From positions 416,001 through 480,000 of the forward strand of contig CAWCAG010000007.1 in NCBI GenBank assembly GCA_963793425.1: a DNA stretch of 64,000 nt, in the 5' to 3' direction. The first letter of the stretch is position 1. Every line of letters starts with the position of its first letter. The position numbers and the translations under genes are program-made. Below, in pieces: positions 9,671-20,183 of this stretch. The notes beneath the pieces are model-generated. The model did no database searches. It was not told the DNA's origin and saw nothing but the letters and a program-made list of their open reading frames with translations. The stretch is from an uncultured cyanobacterium. Lineage in GTDB: Bacteria; Cyanobacteriota; Cyanobacteriia; Cyanobacteriales; CAWCAG01.

Positions 9671-9755
9671 TTCATCCCACCAGTAAACTGGGGGACTTCT
9701 TACAGAAGATAGTCAAATAATAGTGTCAATTGCTTGAAATCAGGAGTATCAGTTC

Positions 9756-10208
9756 ATGAGCCAAGAGGTAGTACAGTGGTTAGAAGAAATTCGTGTTTTA
9801 CGACAGCAACTAGCAGAGGCAGAAACCTTTAAAGATGAAGCTAATCAAGGATCTGCTAATTGGCGCAAGTTGTATTCCCAAGAAGCCCGGCAACGCCGTA
9901 TGGAAGCCAAGTTAGCTCAGCAAACTATTAAAGAGCTTCAAGCAGAAATTCGTCATACTAAGGCTGGGAGGGCTTTTAAACCAGATAGCCCTGAAGCTGC
10001 GGCGGCTATTGAGGAGGAAGTAGCCGAACTTACTTCTTTTAAGGAGTTGAGAGCAAGATTGACAGAAGCAATTAAGGAGCGTGATGGTTTGACAGAAGCT
10101 TTGAAATTAGAGAAAGAAGAACATGAAAAAACTCGTAAAAGCTTGACTGCTGTCATTGGCGATACAATTGATCAATTAGCTAAGAGTAAGAAAGAAAGTA
10201 GGGACTAG
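9756..10208 (+). CDS. Hypothetical coiled-coil protein
   Basis: 150-aa ORF with an AGGAG RBS; heptad-rich. Confidence 0.7.
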   Translation: MSQEVVQWLEEIRVLRQQLAEAETFKDEANQGSANWRKLYSQEARQRRMEAKLAQQTIKELQAEIRHTKAGRAFKPDSPEAAAAIEEEVAELTSFKELRARLTEAIKERDGLTEALKLEKEEHEKTRKSLTAVIGDTIDQLAKSKKESRD

Positions 10209-10226
10209 GGAATCGTAAAAAGTTCG

Positions 10227-11330
10227 CTAAAACCCCATAACTGTAGCAACTGCTTCTAATTCTGGCTGAACCCCAGCTTTGACTTGATTGTGGCTGTGTT
10301 TGATGGCGCTGTCAGGATCTTTTAAACCATTGCCTGTCAGGACACAAACTACTGTAGCATTACGGGGGACTTGCTTTTGAACTTTTAGTAAACCAGCCAC
10401 CGAAGCCGCACTAGCTGGCTCACAGAAAACCCCTTCACTACCCAAAAGACGGTAAGCTGCCATAATTTCTTCATCGGTTACTTCGTTGAATTCTCCTTGA
10501 CTGGCTTCTTTAACCGCAATAGCCCGTTCCCAATTGGCTGGATGGCCGATACGAATTGCTGTTGCTAAGGTTTGGGGATTAGCAATGGGTTCGCCACGAA
10601 TTAAAGGGGCAGATCCAGATGCTTGGAATCCCATCATTCTTGGCAAACGTTCACAAAGATTGTGTTGATGGTATTGACAAAAACCCATCCAATATGCAGT
10701 TATATTACCCGCATTTCCTACTGGGATACATAACCAGTCCGGGGCATTTCCTAGTGCATCTACTACCTCAAAGGCTGCCGTTTTCTGCCCTTCCAAACGA
10801 TAAGGATTAACTGAATTAACTAAGGTGACAGGATAATTTTCTGCCATTTCCCGTACTACCTGCAAAGCAGCATCAAAATTTCCCTTAACAGCAATAACCT
10901 CAGCACCATAAAGTAGGGCTTGAGCTAATTTCCCTAAAGCTACATAACCGTCGGGGATCACAACAAAAGCTCTCAAACCAGCACGACTAGCATAGGCTGC
11001 CGCAGCAGCCGAAGTGTTACCTGTGCTAGCACAAATTACTGCCTTAGCACCTGCTTCAGTAGCTTTGGAGATAGCCATGGTCATACCCCGATCTTTAAAA
11101 CTTCCTGTGGGATTCAAGCCATCATATTTAACGAAAACTTCCACACCCCGACCAATCTCTTTGGCAATTGTCGGTACAGGAATTAAAGGGGTATTCCCTT
11201 CCCTGAGAGTGATGACTGGAGTTGCTTCGCTTACTGGTAAAAAATTACGATAAGCCTCAATTAAACCAGGCCAGTTACGATATTTGGATATATCTTCTAA
11301 ATGAGATGATTTGGTAGAAGAAAGCTTCAC
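10227..11330 (-). CDS. thrC: Threonine synthase
   Basis: [10 protein letters not shown] (PLP lysine), [30 protein letters not shown]. Confidence 0.96.
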   Translation of the reverse strand: MKLSSTKSSHLEDISKYRNWPGLIEAYRNFLPVSEATPVITLREGNTPLIPVPTIAKEIGRGVEVFVKYDGLNPTGSFKDRGMTMAISKATEAGAKAVICASTGNTSAAAAAYASRAGLRAFVVIPDGYVALGKLAQALLYGAEVIAVKGNFDAALQVVREMAENYPVTLVNSVNPYRLEGQKTAAFEVVDALGNAPDWLCIPVGNAGNITAYWMGFCQYHQHNLCERLPRMMGFQASGSAPLIRGEPIANPQTLATAIRIGHPANWERAIAVKEASQGEFNEVTDEEIMAAYRLLGSEGVFCEPASAASVAGLLKVQKQVPRNATVVCVLTGNGLKDPDSAIKHSHNQVKAGVQPELEAVATVMGF

Positions 11331-11457
11331 GGGGGACTACATTTTAGTTATCAAAGGATTGTAGAAAGTATGAAGTATAAAGTCAATTCTAAGCATTCTT
11401 GAACCTTAACCTATAACCTTTATACTTCACCTTTACACCTTCACAATTTTACCGCGA

Positions 11458-12870
11458 CTAGTTCGATGTTACAGACTTAGAAGGTTTAGAGTTAGCTGTA
11501 TTTTTAGATTTGTTGTTGTACTTACGCTTAAGCTTAGGACGCTCAGCTTTAGGTACATTCCAATCTGTTTTCATCCAGTTAGGACAGCTTTGGTCATAAA
11601 CCATTTGTAAAGCAGCCGCAGCTATAGCTTGGGGATCGTATTCAGCGCTCAATTCCCGGACAATGGGTAAAAATGAAGCCATACGCTCTCCTGCCAAAGC
11701 TACTTTAACTTCGCTTTGCAACCTTTCTAAACGCCTTCCTTCTACCTCAGTACGACTAGGAATATTACTAATTTCCAAGCGTTGGCGAATTCTACGTTCA
11801 ATTTGACGTAGCATCCGTCGGTCTATAGGTTGAACAAGAGAGATTGCTGTTCCAGTTTTCCCGGCGCGACCAGTACGACCAATACGGTGGATGTAAGTTT
11901 CACTATTATCGGGAAGATCGAAGTTGATGACGTGGCTCAAGTTTTCTACATCTAAGCCCCGCGCAGCAATATCTGTTGCCACAACCACTTTGACCTGACC
12001 TTTACGAAAACGCTGTACTAAACGCTCTCTTTGGTTTTGGTTTAAGTCACCATGATACTCATCAGCACTATGTCCTGTACCCTGCAACTGCTGAGTAAGC
12101 TCTGCTGCTGTACGCCGTGTACGAACAAAAATGATGGCAGATTCAGGAGCTTCTATATCTAAGATTGGTTGCAGGGCCTTTAATTTTGTCCAGCCTTTGG
12201 GAACCGTGTAAACTTTTTGGTCAATTTGAGCTGGAGCTGCTTTGGGTTGGCTAACCTTGATAAAAGCGGGGGAGTGAAGAAAATTGTTGATTAAGTCGTG
12301 AATAGCCCTAGGCATGGTTGCTGAAAAACAGGCTGTTTGACGATCTGGAGGAGTCTGTTTGAGGATCTTTTTCACATCATCAATAAAGCCCATACTTAGC
12401 ATTTCATCGGCTTCATCTAAGACTACCCAGCTTAACTTCTCTAGTTTGAGTTCGCGACGTTCTAAGAGATCAATTACTCTTCCTGGAGTCCCGACGACAA
12501 TTTGTACTCCCCTATGCAAACTGCGGATTTGCCGATCCATAGATTGACCACCACAGACTGTGAGGATTTTCATGTGTCGGTCTTGGGTAAACTCTTGGAT
12601 AGCTTTGGCTACTTGTTGAGCAAGTTCCCTGGTTGGGGTCAAAACTAAGGCTTGGACTCCTTTGGTTTGAATGTCAATTTTCTCTAACATAGGTAAGGCA
12701 AAAGCAGCGGTTTTGCCTGTACCCGTTTGGGATTGACCTACCATATCCTTTCCTGCTAGAAGTTCAGGAATGGCTTGAGTTTGAATAACAGTGGGTTCAG
12801 TGAAACCCATACTTTCTAAATGTTCTACCCTAGCTTCAGATAAACCTAAACTGTTGAAAGATGTTGTCAT
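11458..12870 (-). CDS. crhR: DEAD-box RNA helicase CrhR
   Basis: Q motif, QTGTGKT, PTRELA, DEAD, SAT, HRIGRTGR. Lies downstream of rimO, as in other cyanobacteria. Confidence 0.9.
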   Translation of the reverse strand: MTTSFNSLGLSEARVEHLESMGFTEPTVIQTQAIPELLAGKDMVGQSQTGTGKTAAFALPMLEKIDIQTKGVQALVLTPTRELAQQVAKAIQEFTQDRHMKILTVCGGQSMDRQIRSLHRGVQIVVGTPGRVIDLLERRELKLEKLSWVVLDEADEMLSMGFIDDVKKILKQTPPDRQTACFSATMPRAIHDLINNFLHSPAFIKVSQPKAAPAQIDQKVYTVPKGWTKLKALQPILDIEAPESAIIFVRTRRTAAELTQQLQGTGHSADEYHGDLNQNQRERLVQRFRKGQVKVVVATDIAARGLDVENLSHVINFDLPDNSETYIHRIGRTGRAGKTGTAISLVQPIDRRMLRQIERRIRQRLEISNIPSRTEVEGRRLERLQSEVKVALAGERMASFLPIVRELSAEYDPQAIAAAALQMVYDQSCPNWMKTDWNVPKAERPKLKRKYNNKSKNTANSKPSKSVTSN

Positions 12871-13001
12871 AACGAATTGTTGCTTTTTGTTTAGTTTTTA
12901 GTAGTTTAAGATACTTGTCGAGTTTCTGCTTACACAAAAAAAGTTATCCCTTGATAAAAAGCTTCTGAAAGAAGCGGCAAGAAGTGAATATATTTGTGCA
13001 G

Positions 13002-14330
13002 CTAGAAATCTTGTTGTGATGCAGCTTGACCGTAAAGATCGTAAGTATCAGCATCAGTAATTTTGACATTGATGATAGAGCCTAAAGCCCCTTGTCCTTG
13101 AACATAAACAAGTCCATCTACTTCAGGAGCGAAACGTGCTGAACGTCCAATTAGCTCCCCTGTTGCAGGGTTTTCTTGTTCTAATAAAACAGGGATAGTT
13201 TGACCAATACAGTTTTGGTTTTTTCGCCATGCTATTGGCTGTTGTAGCGCCATCAAAATATCCTTGCGTTCGTCCATGACTGATTGAGGAATTTGGTTAG
13301 GGAGATCCCCAGCTTTGGTTCCTTCTTCAGCAGAAAAAGTAAACGCGCCCATATGGTCAAATTCGTGACGTTTGACAAAATCTGTTAAGTGAGCAAAATG
13401 TTCTTCGGTTTCTTCAGGGAAACCAACAATAAAAGTTGTCCGCAGTACAGACTCAGGTAATTTTGTTTTAATTCTGTCAATAATTTCGTCATTAACCAAC
13501 CCTTGCCAGGGTCGATTCATTGCTCTGAGTATCTCAGGATGGGAATGTTGCAAGGGTAAATCTAAATAGGGAAGAATATTAGGAGTTTCCTTAATGGCGT
13601 TGATAACCTGTGGGGTTAGCCCTGTCGGATAAGCATAGTGCATTCGCACCCACGGAACGCTAACTTTACCTAACTCCTTTAAGAGTTGGTCTAGTTTTGG
13701 CTCTCCATATAAATCCAAACCATAGTTAGTGGTTATTTGGGAGATCAAAACTATCTCTTGAACCCCTTGAGCCGCTAACTGTTGAGCTTCAGTAACAATG
13801 GATTCAATGGAGCGCGATCGCTGTTTACCTCGTAACTTGGGAATAATGCAAAAAGAGCAATGGTAATCACATCCTTCTGCTACCCTCAAGTAGGCTACAC
13901 CTTCTGTAGTAGTGCGGTAGCGGGGGGTAGCTTCATCAGCGATATAGGTTGGTTCTAAAGAAACTTCTTTGACCCGCTTTCCTGTTTCTACTTCTTCAAT
14001 GACTTTAACTATCTTATTATAATCTCCGCTGCCAACTAAAGCTACTGCTTCTGGTAATTCATCTAATAATTGGTCTTGGAAGTGCTGGGCCATACAACCA
14101 GCGATGACGATTTTTTTGTTGGCTTCTGCTAACTCTACCAAGGTGCGTACTGATTCTTCTCTGGCTGCTTGGATGAAACTACAGGTATTAACAATTACAT
14201 AGTCAGCTAACTCTTCATTACTATCTACTCCGTAGCCAGCTTCTGCTAGCATACCGAGCATATGTTCTGAATCTATCCGATTTTTCTCGCACCCTAAATG
14301 GGAAATTGCAATAGTTGGCTTATTGCCCAT
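13002..14330 (-). CDS. rimO: Ribosomal protein S12 methylthiotransferase
   Basis: LGCEKN, NTCSFI, radical SAM motif C.YHCSFC, C-terminal TRAM domain (APEVDG). Confidence 0.95.
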   Translation of the reverse strand: MGNKPTIAISHLGCEKNRIDSEHMLGMLAEAGYGVDSNEELADYVIVNTCSFIQAAREESVRTLVELAEANKKIVIAGCMAQHFQDQLLDELPEAVALVGSGDYNKIVKVIEEVETGKRVKEVSLEPTYIADEATPRYRTTTEGVAYLRVAEGCDYHCSFCIIPKLRGKQRSRSIESIVTEAQQLAAQGVQEIVLISQITTNYGLDLYGEPKLDQLLKELGKVSVPWVRMHYAYPTGLTPQVINAIKETPNILPYLDLPLQHSHPEILRAMNRPWQGLVNDEIIDRIKTKLPESVLRTTFIVGFPEETEEHFAHLTDFVKRHEFDHMGAFTFSAEEGTKAGDLPNQIPQSVMDERKDILMALQQPIAWRKNQNCIGQTIPVLLEQENPATGELIGRSARFAPEVDGLVYVQGQGALGSIINVKITDADTYDLYGQAASQQDF

Positions 14331-14569
14331 ATATTTTAATATTTTTGTATTTATTTAAACTTTTACTAGATATTGCTTGTTGTAGATGGCATTGTACAGG
14401 ATTAGCCTCAATAGTCAAACTCTAGCCTCTTAGTTTTCCTTTAATTGTAGTTAACGTTGAGTAAGTGTACTACTCGAAAAGACTTTGCCACCGCTATGGG
14501 ACAATAATCAGCATAATCAAATTTTGTATTTGTATAGCAGAAAAATTAGTGCGGCATTAGGTAAATTAA

Positions 14570-15385
14570 GTGGACTTAGATCAGATTTTTCAAACTCACA
14601 ATCCTATTATTGGTGTTGTTCATCTTTTACCTTTACCGAGTTCTCCTCGCTGGGGAGGTAATCTGAGGGCTGTTATCGATAGGGCAGAACAAGAAGCTAC
14701 AGCTTTGGCGGCAGGAGGTGTTGATGGCATTATTGTCGAAAACTTTTTTGATGCCCCTTTTGCTAAAAACAGGGTAGATCCAGCAGTGGTTAGCGCCATG
14801 ACTTTAATTGTGCAGCGCTTGATGAATTTAGTCACTCTTCCTATTGGGATCAATGTTTTACGAAACGATGCCCGAAGTGGACTGGCGATCGCCACTTGTG
14901 TTGAGGCCCAATTTATTCGCGTTAATATTTTAACTGGAGCAATGGCCACAGACCAAGGAATAATTGAGGGTCAAGCAAGGGAAATTATGCGCTACCGTCG
15001 AGAATTAGATAGCGATGTTTACATATTAGCCGATGTTTTGGTTAAACACGCCCAGCCATTAGGAGCGCCCCATCTAACTACCGCAGTGAAAGATACTATC
15101 GAGAGAGGTTTAGCAGATGGAGTTATTTTATCTGGTTGGGCTACAGGTAGTCCCCCTACCCTAGAAGACTTAAAAGTAGCCTCAGAAGCTGCGGGCAATA
15201 CCCCATTATTCATTGGTAGCGGTGCTAATTGGCAAAATATCTCCCAACTCTTACCGGAAACGGATGGAGTAATTGTTTCTACTTCCTTAAAACGCCATGG
15301 CAAAATTGAAGAACCCATCGATCCCAACAGAGTTAGCCAGTTTATTGAAGCAGCCCAAGAAAGTTTGTTGCCAAAGAAGGAATAA
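14570..15385 (+). CDS. btpA: Photosystem I biogenesis protein BtpA
   Basis: IGVVHLLPLP, VENFFDAPF, GINVLRND, ADVLVKH. Confidence 0.93.
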   Translation: MDLDQIFQTHNPIIGVVHLLPLPSSPRWGGNLRAVIDRAEQEATALAAGGVDGIIVENFFDAPFAKNRVDPAVVSAMTLIVQRLMNLVTLPIGINVLRNDARSGLAIATCVEAQFIRVNILTGAMATDQGIIEGQAREIMRYRRELDSDVYILADVLVKHAQPLGAPHLTTAVKDTIERGLADGVILSGWATGSPPTLEDLKVASEAAGNTPLFIGSGANWQNISQLLPETDGVIVSTSLKRHGKIEEPIDPNRVSQFIEAAQESLLPKKE

Positions 15386-15427
15386 GGATGGGAGGGGATG
15401 GAGTGACTGGGTGACGAAGAGAAAACT

Positions 15428-15455
15428 ATTAGCCATTAGCCATTAGCCATTAGCC
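15428..15455. repeat. Heptamer tandem repeat (ATTAGCC)x4, STRR type
   Basis: Read directly: attagcc attagcc attagcc attagcc. Confidence 0.9.
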
Positions 15456-15509
15456 GTTGCTAAAATCGAAAGCAAAACTCAAACTTATTAATTGTTATCA
15501 ACAAATTCT

Positions 15510-16490
15510 ATGAATACGAGTCGCCGACGTTCTACTCCCTGGATTCATCGTTGGTCGCGACCTATTATTGGTGCGATCGCTATTTTAGGTGCAACATTAA
15601 CAGCTTATTTAACTGTAATTGCTTTTCAAGGTGGTGACGTAGCCTGTAGCACAGATGCTGCTGCTGCTGCCGGGGGGTGTAATGATGTCCTCTCTAGCGA
15701 TTATGCCAAAGTGTTTGGTTTGCCTTTACCTTTATTTGGCTTGATGGCATATATTAGTATGGCTATTTTTGCCCTTGTTCCCTTAACTATTAACGCCGAT
15801 GTAAAAAGGCAATTAAGGAAACAAATAGAGAACTGGACTTGGTTGTTTCTCTTAATCGGGGCAACTTCTATGGCCGTCTTTAGCGGTTATTTGATGTATG
15901 TACTAGCTTTTAAGCTACAAATCCCTTGTCTTTACTGTATCAGTTCAGCAATTTTCGCCCTAACTTTGTTTACCTTGACTGTACTTGGTCGCGAATGGGA
16001 CGATGTTGGTCAAATTCTCTTTACTGGTTTGATTGCTGGGATGGTAACTATCGTTGCTACTTTAGGGGTCTATGCTAATGTGAATGGCTCTGTTACTGCT
16101 TCGGCTGAAGCAGGGCCAATACCCCAAGTTACTACCAGTCCAGTTCCCCCTGATGGTTGGAAGATTACTACTAAATCTGGCCCTTCGGAGATTGAATTAG
16201 CTAAGCATTTAACAGAAGTTGGGGCTGTGAAATATGGTGCTTTTTGGTGTCCCCACTGTTATGAACAAAAGCAACTATTTGGTGCAGAAGCTTTCAAATC
16301 AATTAAGTATGTTGAATGTGCTGAAGGAGGCAAAAATCCTCAACCGCAAAAATGCTCTGCTGTCGGATTGAAATCTTTCCCTACTTGGGAAATTGATGGG
16401 GAAATTTATCCAGGAGTCCAAAGCTTAGACGAGTTAGCTGAAATATCTGGCTATAAGGGGTCAAAGGATTTTAAATACACTTTACGTTAG
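15510..16490 (+). CDS. VKOR-thioredoxin fusion (disulfide bond formation, DsbAB/LTO1-like)
   Basis: VKOR loop cysteines, CLYC, C-terminal Trx-like WCPHC and FPTW. Confidence 0.92.
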   Translation: MNTSRRRSTPWIHRWSRPIIGAIAILGATLTAYLTVIAFQGGDVACSTDAAAAAGGCNDVLSSDYAKVFGLPLPLFGLMAYISMAIFALVPLTINADVKRQLRKQIENWTWLFLLIGATSMAVFSGYLMYVLAFKLQIPCLYCISSAIFALTLFTLTVLGREWDDVGQILFTGLIAGMVTIVATLGVYANVNGSVTASAEAGPIPQVTTSPVPPDGWKITTKSGPSEIELAKHLTEVGAVKYGAFWCPHCYEQKQLFGAEAFKSIKYVECAEGGKNPQPQKCSAVGLKSFPTWEIDGEIYPGVQSLDELAEISGYKGSKDFKYTLR

Positions 16491-16567
16491 CAGGGCAACC
16501 CAATTATGCAGATTTATGGGTGAAATAAATTCCTCACCCATCCCTGGCTCCCTGCTCCCCTTGAGCA

Positions 16568-17746
16568 TCATAACTTAGAAGAACGCATTAACAACAATCC
16601 TCCTACTCCCAACCCAAAGAAATTAGGCAACCAAGCAGATAAAAAAGGAGAAACTGCTCCTACTATCCCCATTGCTCCGGTGATGAAACTGATTAGGTAA
16701 TAAGAGAAAATGATCACAATACTCATACCAAAACTTGTAGCCTTAGAAGCTCTTTGAGGCCTAGTTCCTAATGCTGCCCCTACTAAACCAAAAACTAAAC
16801 AAACGAAAGGAAAAGCCATTTTTTGTTGCACCCGGACTCTGAGTTTACGCAATTTCTTGGTATCGCCGCTTTGTTCGAGAATCTTCATTTGCTCGAATCC
16901 TTGAGCGATATTCATCTCCCCATAATCTCGGCCTTTTTGGGCTAGATCAAAGGGAGCTTTGGGTAATTTTAGTTTTTGGTGAACAAAGCGAACAATTTTT
17001 TTGTAGGAGCCATCGCCATCAATAAGGTAGATTGTACCGTTAAAAAAGTTCCAGGTATTGTCCTTGAGATCCCAAGTGGCAGATTCAGAGGTGACAATCT
17101 GCTCAACTCCCTCTTGAGAGCGATCTAGTAAGGTTAAACCTTCCATGGTTGTACCATCAAACTTTTCAGCGTAAAATAAGCGAGTTAAGACCTCTTGTTC
17201 CCCTTCAGGACGCTGGACATTGCTGTATTCAGGGTAAAGAATATTTTTTTCTTGAAAGGAGGGTTTTTCTTCCCCTAGGGCGCGATCTAAAGTTAAAGTT
17301 GCTTGGTAGTTGGCATTAGGAACGATAACTTCGTTGAAAACAAAGGTTAAGCCCGTGACAGCTAGGCTAAAAATAATTGCTGGTAAAACAATTCTATAAA
17401 CACTGATGCCAACGCTACGTAGAGCAGTTAATTCGCTATCACTAGAAAAACGGCCATAAGCCATCATTGTCGCTAACAGAGCGGACATAGGAAAAGCATA
17501 GACAATAAATTCTGGCATTTTCAAGAGCAGAACTTTAAGGGCTAAACTCATTAATAACCCTGACTCAGCAACTTTCCGCACTAACTCAAATAAACTGCCA
17601 ATAGCAACACCAATTGAAGAGAAAGCCCCAACCCCAAACAGGAAGGGTAAAGTTAGCTCCGTTAGTATGTAGCGATCCATAATAGAAAAGCCGGAAAATA
17701 ACGGAAACCAAGAAAAGTTAGCTTGGAAAGATTTGCTCAGGGGCAT
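16568..17746 (-). CDS. LptF/LptG family LPS export permease
   Basis: MDRYI, SELTALRSVG, SAWLPN; adjacent to lptB and lptA. Confidence 0.9.
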   Translation of the reverse strand: MPLSKSFQANFSWFPLFSGFSIMDRYILTELTLPFLFGVGAFSSIGVAIGSLFELVRKVAESGLLMSLALKVLLLKMPEFIVYAFPMSALLATMMAYGRFSSDSELTALRSVGISVYRIVLPAIIFSLAVTGLTFVFNEVIVPNANYQATLTLDRALGEEKPSFQEKNILYPEYSNVQRPEGEQEVLTRLFYAEKFDGTTMEGLTLLDRSQEGVEQIVTSESATWDLKDNTWNFFNGTIYLIDGDGSYKKIVRFVHQKLKLPKAPFDLAQKGRDYGEMNIAQGFEQMKILEQSGDTKKLRKLRVRVQQKMAFPFVCLVFGLVGAALGTRPQRASKATSFGMSIVIIFSYYLISFITGAMGIVGAVSPFLSAWLPNFFGLGVGGLLLMRSSKL

Positions 17747-17850
17747 AAAGTTCAAGGTTCAGATTAGACCATTTTGATAAAGTTGTGACAAAAACACTTT
17801 TGCTTAAAAGCTTATTATTGCTACTTTTGAGTTACACAAAGGAGAATAGT

Positions 17851-18579
17851 TTAGGCTTGAAACTTGTCTCCTAGATAATATTTGCGGACTAATGGGTTAT
17901 TGTAAAGTTCTTCCGCAGCACCAGAGGCCAGAATTTCTCCATCTCGCATAATATAAGCGCGGTCAGTAATTTCTAAGGTTTCGCGCACGTTATGGTCAGT
18001 GATTAATATTCCCATATGGTGAGCGCGCAATTGGGCAATAATTTGTTGAATCTCAGAAACAGCAATGGGATCAACTCCGGCAAAAGGTTCGTCCAAAAGC
18101 AAAAATTTTGGTCCTTCTTTCCCTGCTGCTAAGGATCTAGCAATTTCTGTACGTCGCCTCTCTCCCCCAGAAATTTGACTGCCTTGGGTTTGAGCTACTT
18201 TTTCTAAACGGAACTCTTTGAGTAGTGAGAGTAAGCGTTTGCGCCTGTCTCTAGCTGGTACGTCAGTTTGTTGTAGGACAAGGGTAATATTATCTTGAAC
18301 GCTGAGGTTACGGAATATACTAGCTTGTTGGGTTAAATAACCAATGCCGAGATGGGCGCGTTTGTCAATAGGTAGGGGAGTGATTTCTCTGTCATTGAGC
18401 CAAACCGAACCTTTATTGGGCTTGACTAAACCAGTGGCAATATAAAATGTGGTGGTTTTTCCTGCACCATTAGGCCCTAGTAAACCGACAATTTCCCCTT
18501 GAGAAACTGTTAAATTTACTCTGTTAACGACTACTCGCTTGCCATAGGATTTGTGAACGTTTTTAAGAATTATTTTCAC
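17851..18579 (-). CDS. lptB: LPS export ABC transporter ATPase
   Basis: GPNGAGKTT, SGGERRR, LDEPFAGVDP, ITDHNVRETL. Confidence 0.95.
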   Translation of the reverse strand: MKIILKNVHKSYGKRVVVNRVNLTVSQGEIVGLLGPNGAGKTTTFYIATGLVKPNKGSVWLNDREITPLPIDKRAHLGIGYLTQQASIFRNLSVQDNITLVLQQTDVPARDRRKRLLSLLKEFRLEKVAQTQGSQISGGERRRTEIARSLAAGKEGPKFLLLDEPFAGVDPIAVSEIQQIIAQLRAHHMGILITDHNVRETLEITDRAYIMRDGEILASGAAEELYNNPLVRKYYLGDKFQA

Positions 18580-18605
18580 GCTATTTCTGGGGAGCAACAG
18601 GATGA

Positions 18606-19112
18606 TTAAGGATTGCTTTCTGGCTCTTTGAAAACAGGCTTAGGATTGTAAGGGGGGGCAGGTTTAACTGTTGGAGTTGTTGGTGCTTCTGGGTCAGAGA
18701 TGATGTAAATTGATTCTACTTGGCGTTCTGTTTTTGGTGTGGCAACAAAACGTTCTTCATCCATCAGGTAGGTAATTTCTTCCCCTCTAATGCTGTTACC
18801 ATTGCTTTGGAGGACGTAAACATTACCTCTTAAGACAATAATACGTTCGCTACTAAAATACTGCGCTTGGGCAGCTGTGGCTTGTATTTGCCTAGCTGGA
18901 TAATTAATTTGTACGTTGCCACTGGCGGTAATTACCCCGGTTTTGGAGTTGGCTTCTTGGAGATCAGAACGAATAGTAATTGCTCGCCCTGGTTGTGCTT
19001 CGGCATTTTTAAGGGTTCCAGGAATTGCGATCGCCCCTATTAAAGCAGCAGGAATAACAAAGATTACTCCTAAGCGGCGCATCAAGCAAGTAGAGGAGTG
19101 AACAGAGAACAT
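18606..19112 (-). CDS. lptA: LptA/OstA family protein
   Basis: Signal peptide; ITIRSD.QEANSKTG..TASGNV beta-jellyroll; upstream of lptB. Confidence 0.82.
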   Translation of the reverse strand: MFSVHSSTCLMRRLGVIFVIPAALIGAIAIPGTLKNAEAQPGRAITIRSDLQEANSKTGVITASGNVQINYPARQIQATAAQAQYFSSERIIVLRGNVYVLQSNGNSIRGEEITYLMDEERFVATPKTERQVESIYIISDPEAPTTPTVKPAPPYNPKPVFKEPESNP

Positions 19113-19261
19113 AATAATAAAATAATTAACTTAACAATGAATATACAGAAAATAATACCGTGGATAGCTAACCAAATCAGGTTAATACTCTACTATTCCC
19201 CGTAAATTATCTAATTTTGCTGATATATAAATTTGACGCTTAAGTGGCTTCTGAAGTTTCA

Positions 19262-19666
19262 CTACTTGATCGTTCTTGGTTCTGCTGTAATTATTTTAGG
19301 TAAATAGATATTGGAGTTGTTGGTTTTAAGTTCCTCGACAAAATTGCTGATTTCTTCTGGCTGAATTTTTTGTAATGCTTCTAAAAGTTGTAAACTTTGG
19401 TCTAATAAGTTGCTTGTATCAATACCTTCATATAAGGGCTGATAATCACTAATTCGCCTTACTCCCTCTCCTAACAAAATAACTGCACCTCGCCAGTTAT
19501 GATTGCTCAAATGATAACAAGCTACGGCAATTTGTAGTATACCTTGATAAAACTTTTTCAAAGGCTCTGAAGAGTCCATCCACAAAGCCTCTAAAGTATC
19601 ATGACAAGCATAAAATTCTTGACCATTAAACTGGTCAATTCCTTGCCAAAATTCTTGAGACGACAT
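19262..19666 (-). CDS. DUF309 family protein
   Basis: FN..EFYACHD.LE.LW and QG.LQ.AV motifs. Confidence 0.88.
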   Translation of the reverse strand: MSSQEFWQGIDQFNGQEFYACHDTLEALWMDSSEPLKKFYQGILQIAVACYHLSNHNWRGAVILLGEGVRRISDYQPLYEGIDTSNLLDQSLQLLEALQKIQPEEISNFVEELKTNNSNIYLPKIITAEPRTIK

Positions 19667-19678
19667 AACTGAATAACC

Positions 19679-20047
19679 TTAAGATGCCATGCTTTCTCGC
19701 ACTTTCTGAATCTCTTCTAGAGAAATTTCTTGAGCTTCTCCGGCAAATTCGTTATCAGGGGTGATGAATAACATACAATGGCATTCGGAACGCTCACGCA
19801 TGGGGACACATGGACAATTCCAGAAAGTTGCTTTAACCTCTGCTTCTTTGTCTTCATAGTGGCGACAAGGACACAAAGGAGCGCCTAGTTCATCTTTGTT
19901 TTTAGCTAATCCTTCAATTACCACAGCAGTTACAGAAGGATCGCTACAGAAGTATGTGTCAGTGCGCTTAGCATACTGCTCTGCGAACTTCTTCATCGAC
20001 TCAAGGGTTTTATTTTCTTGTTGCTTATCGATTGCTTCGGAACTCAT
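19679..20047 (-). CDS. ftrC: Ferredoxin-thioredoxin reductase catalytic subunit
   Basis: CPCRH, CPC and CHC Fe-S/disulfide motifs. Confidence 0.96.
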   Translation of the reverse strand: MSSEAIDKQQENKTLESMKKFAEQYAKRTDTYFCSDPSVTAVVIEGLAKNKDELGAPLCPCRHYEDKEAEVKATFWNCPCVPMRERSECHCMLFITPDNEFAGEAQEISLEEIQKVRESMAS

Positions 20048-20183
20048 GAATATTAAAGTTGGTACAATACTTGTTTGTTTATTTGTTTAGCATTGTATCT
20101 TACTTTGTAGTAGGAATAGGGAGTAGGACGTAGAGAGCAGCAATTCTTGTTCTCACTTTATTTCTAATTTTTGAAGAGCCAAA

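Larger units (their letters stand above)
8833..9711 (-). mobile_element. IS200/IS605-family element (divergent tnpA plus internally deleted tnpB)
   Basis: Two related subterminal hairpins: tcccaccgataaatcggggga (~8842-8862) and tcccaccagtaaactggggga (~9676-9696). Right end terminates in TCAA on the minus strand at 8833. Candidate target motif TTGAC on the minus strand at 9712-9716. The left boundary is less certain. Confidence 0.85.
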
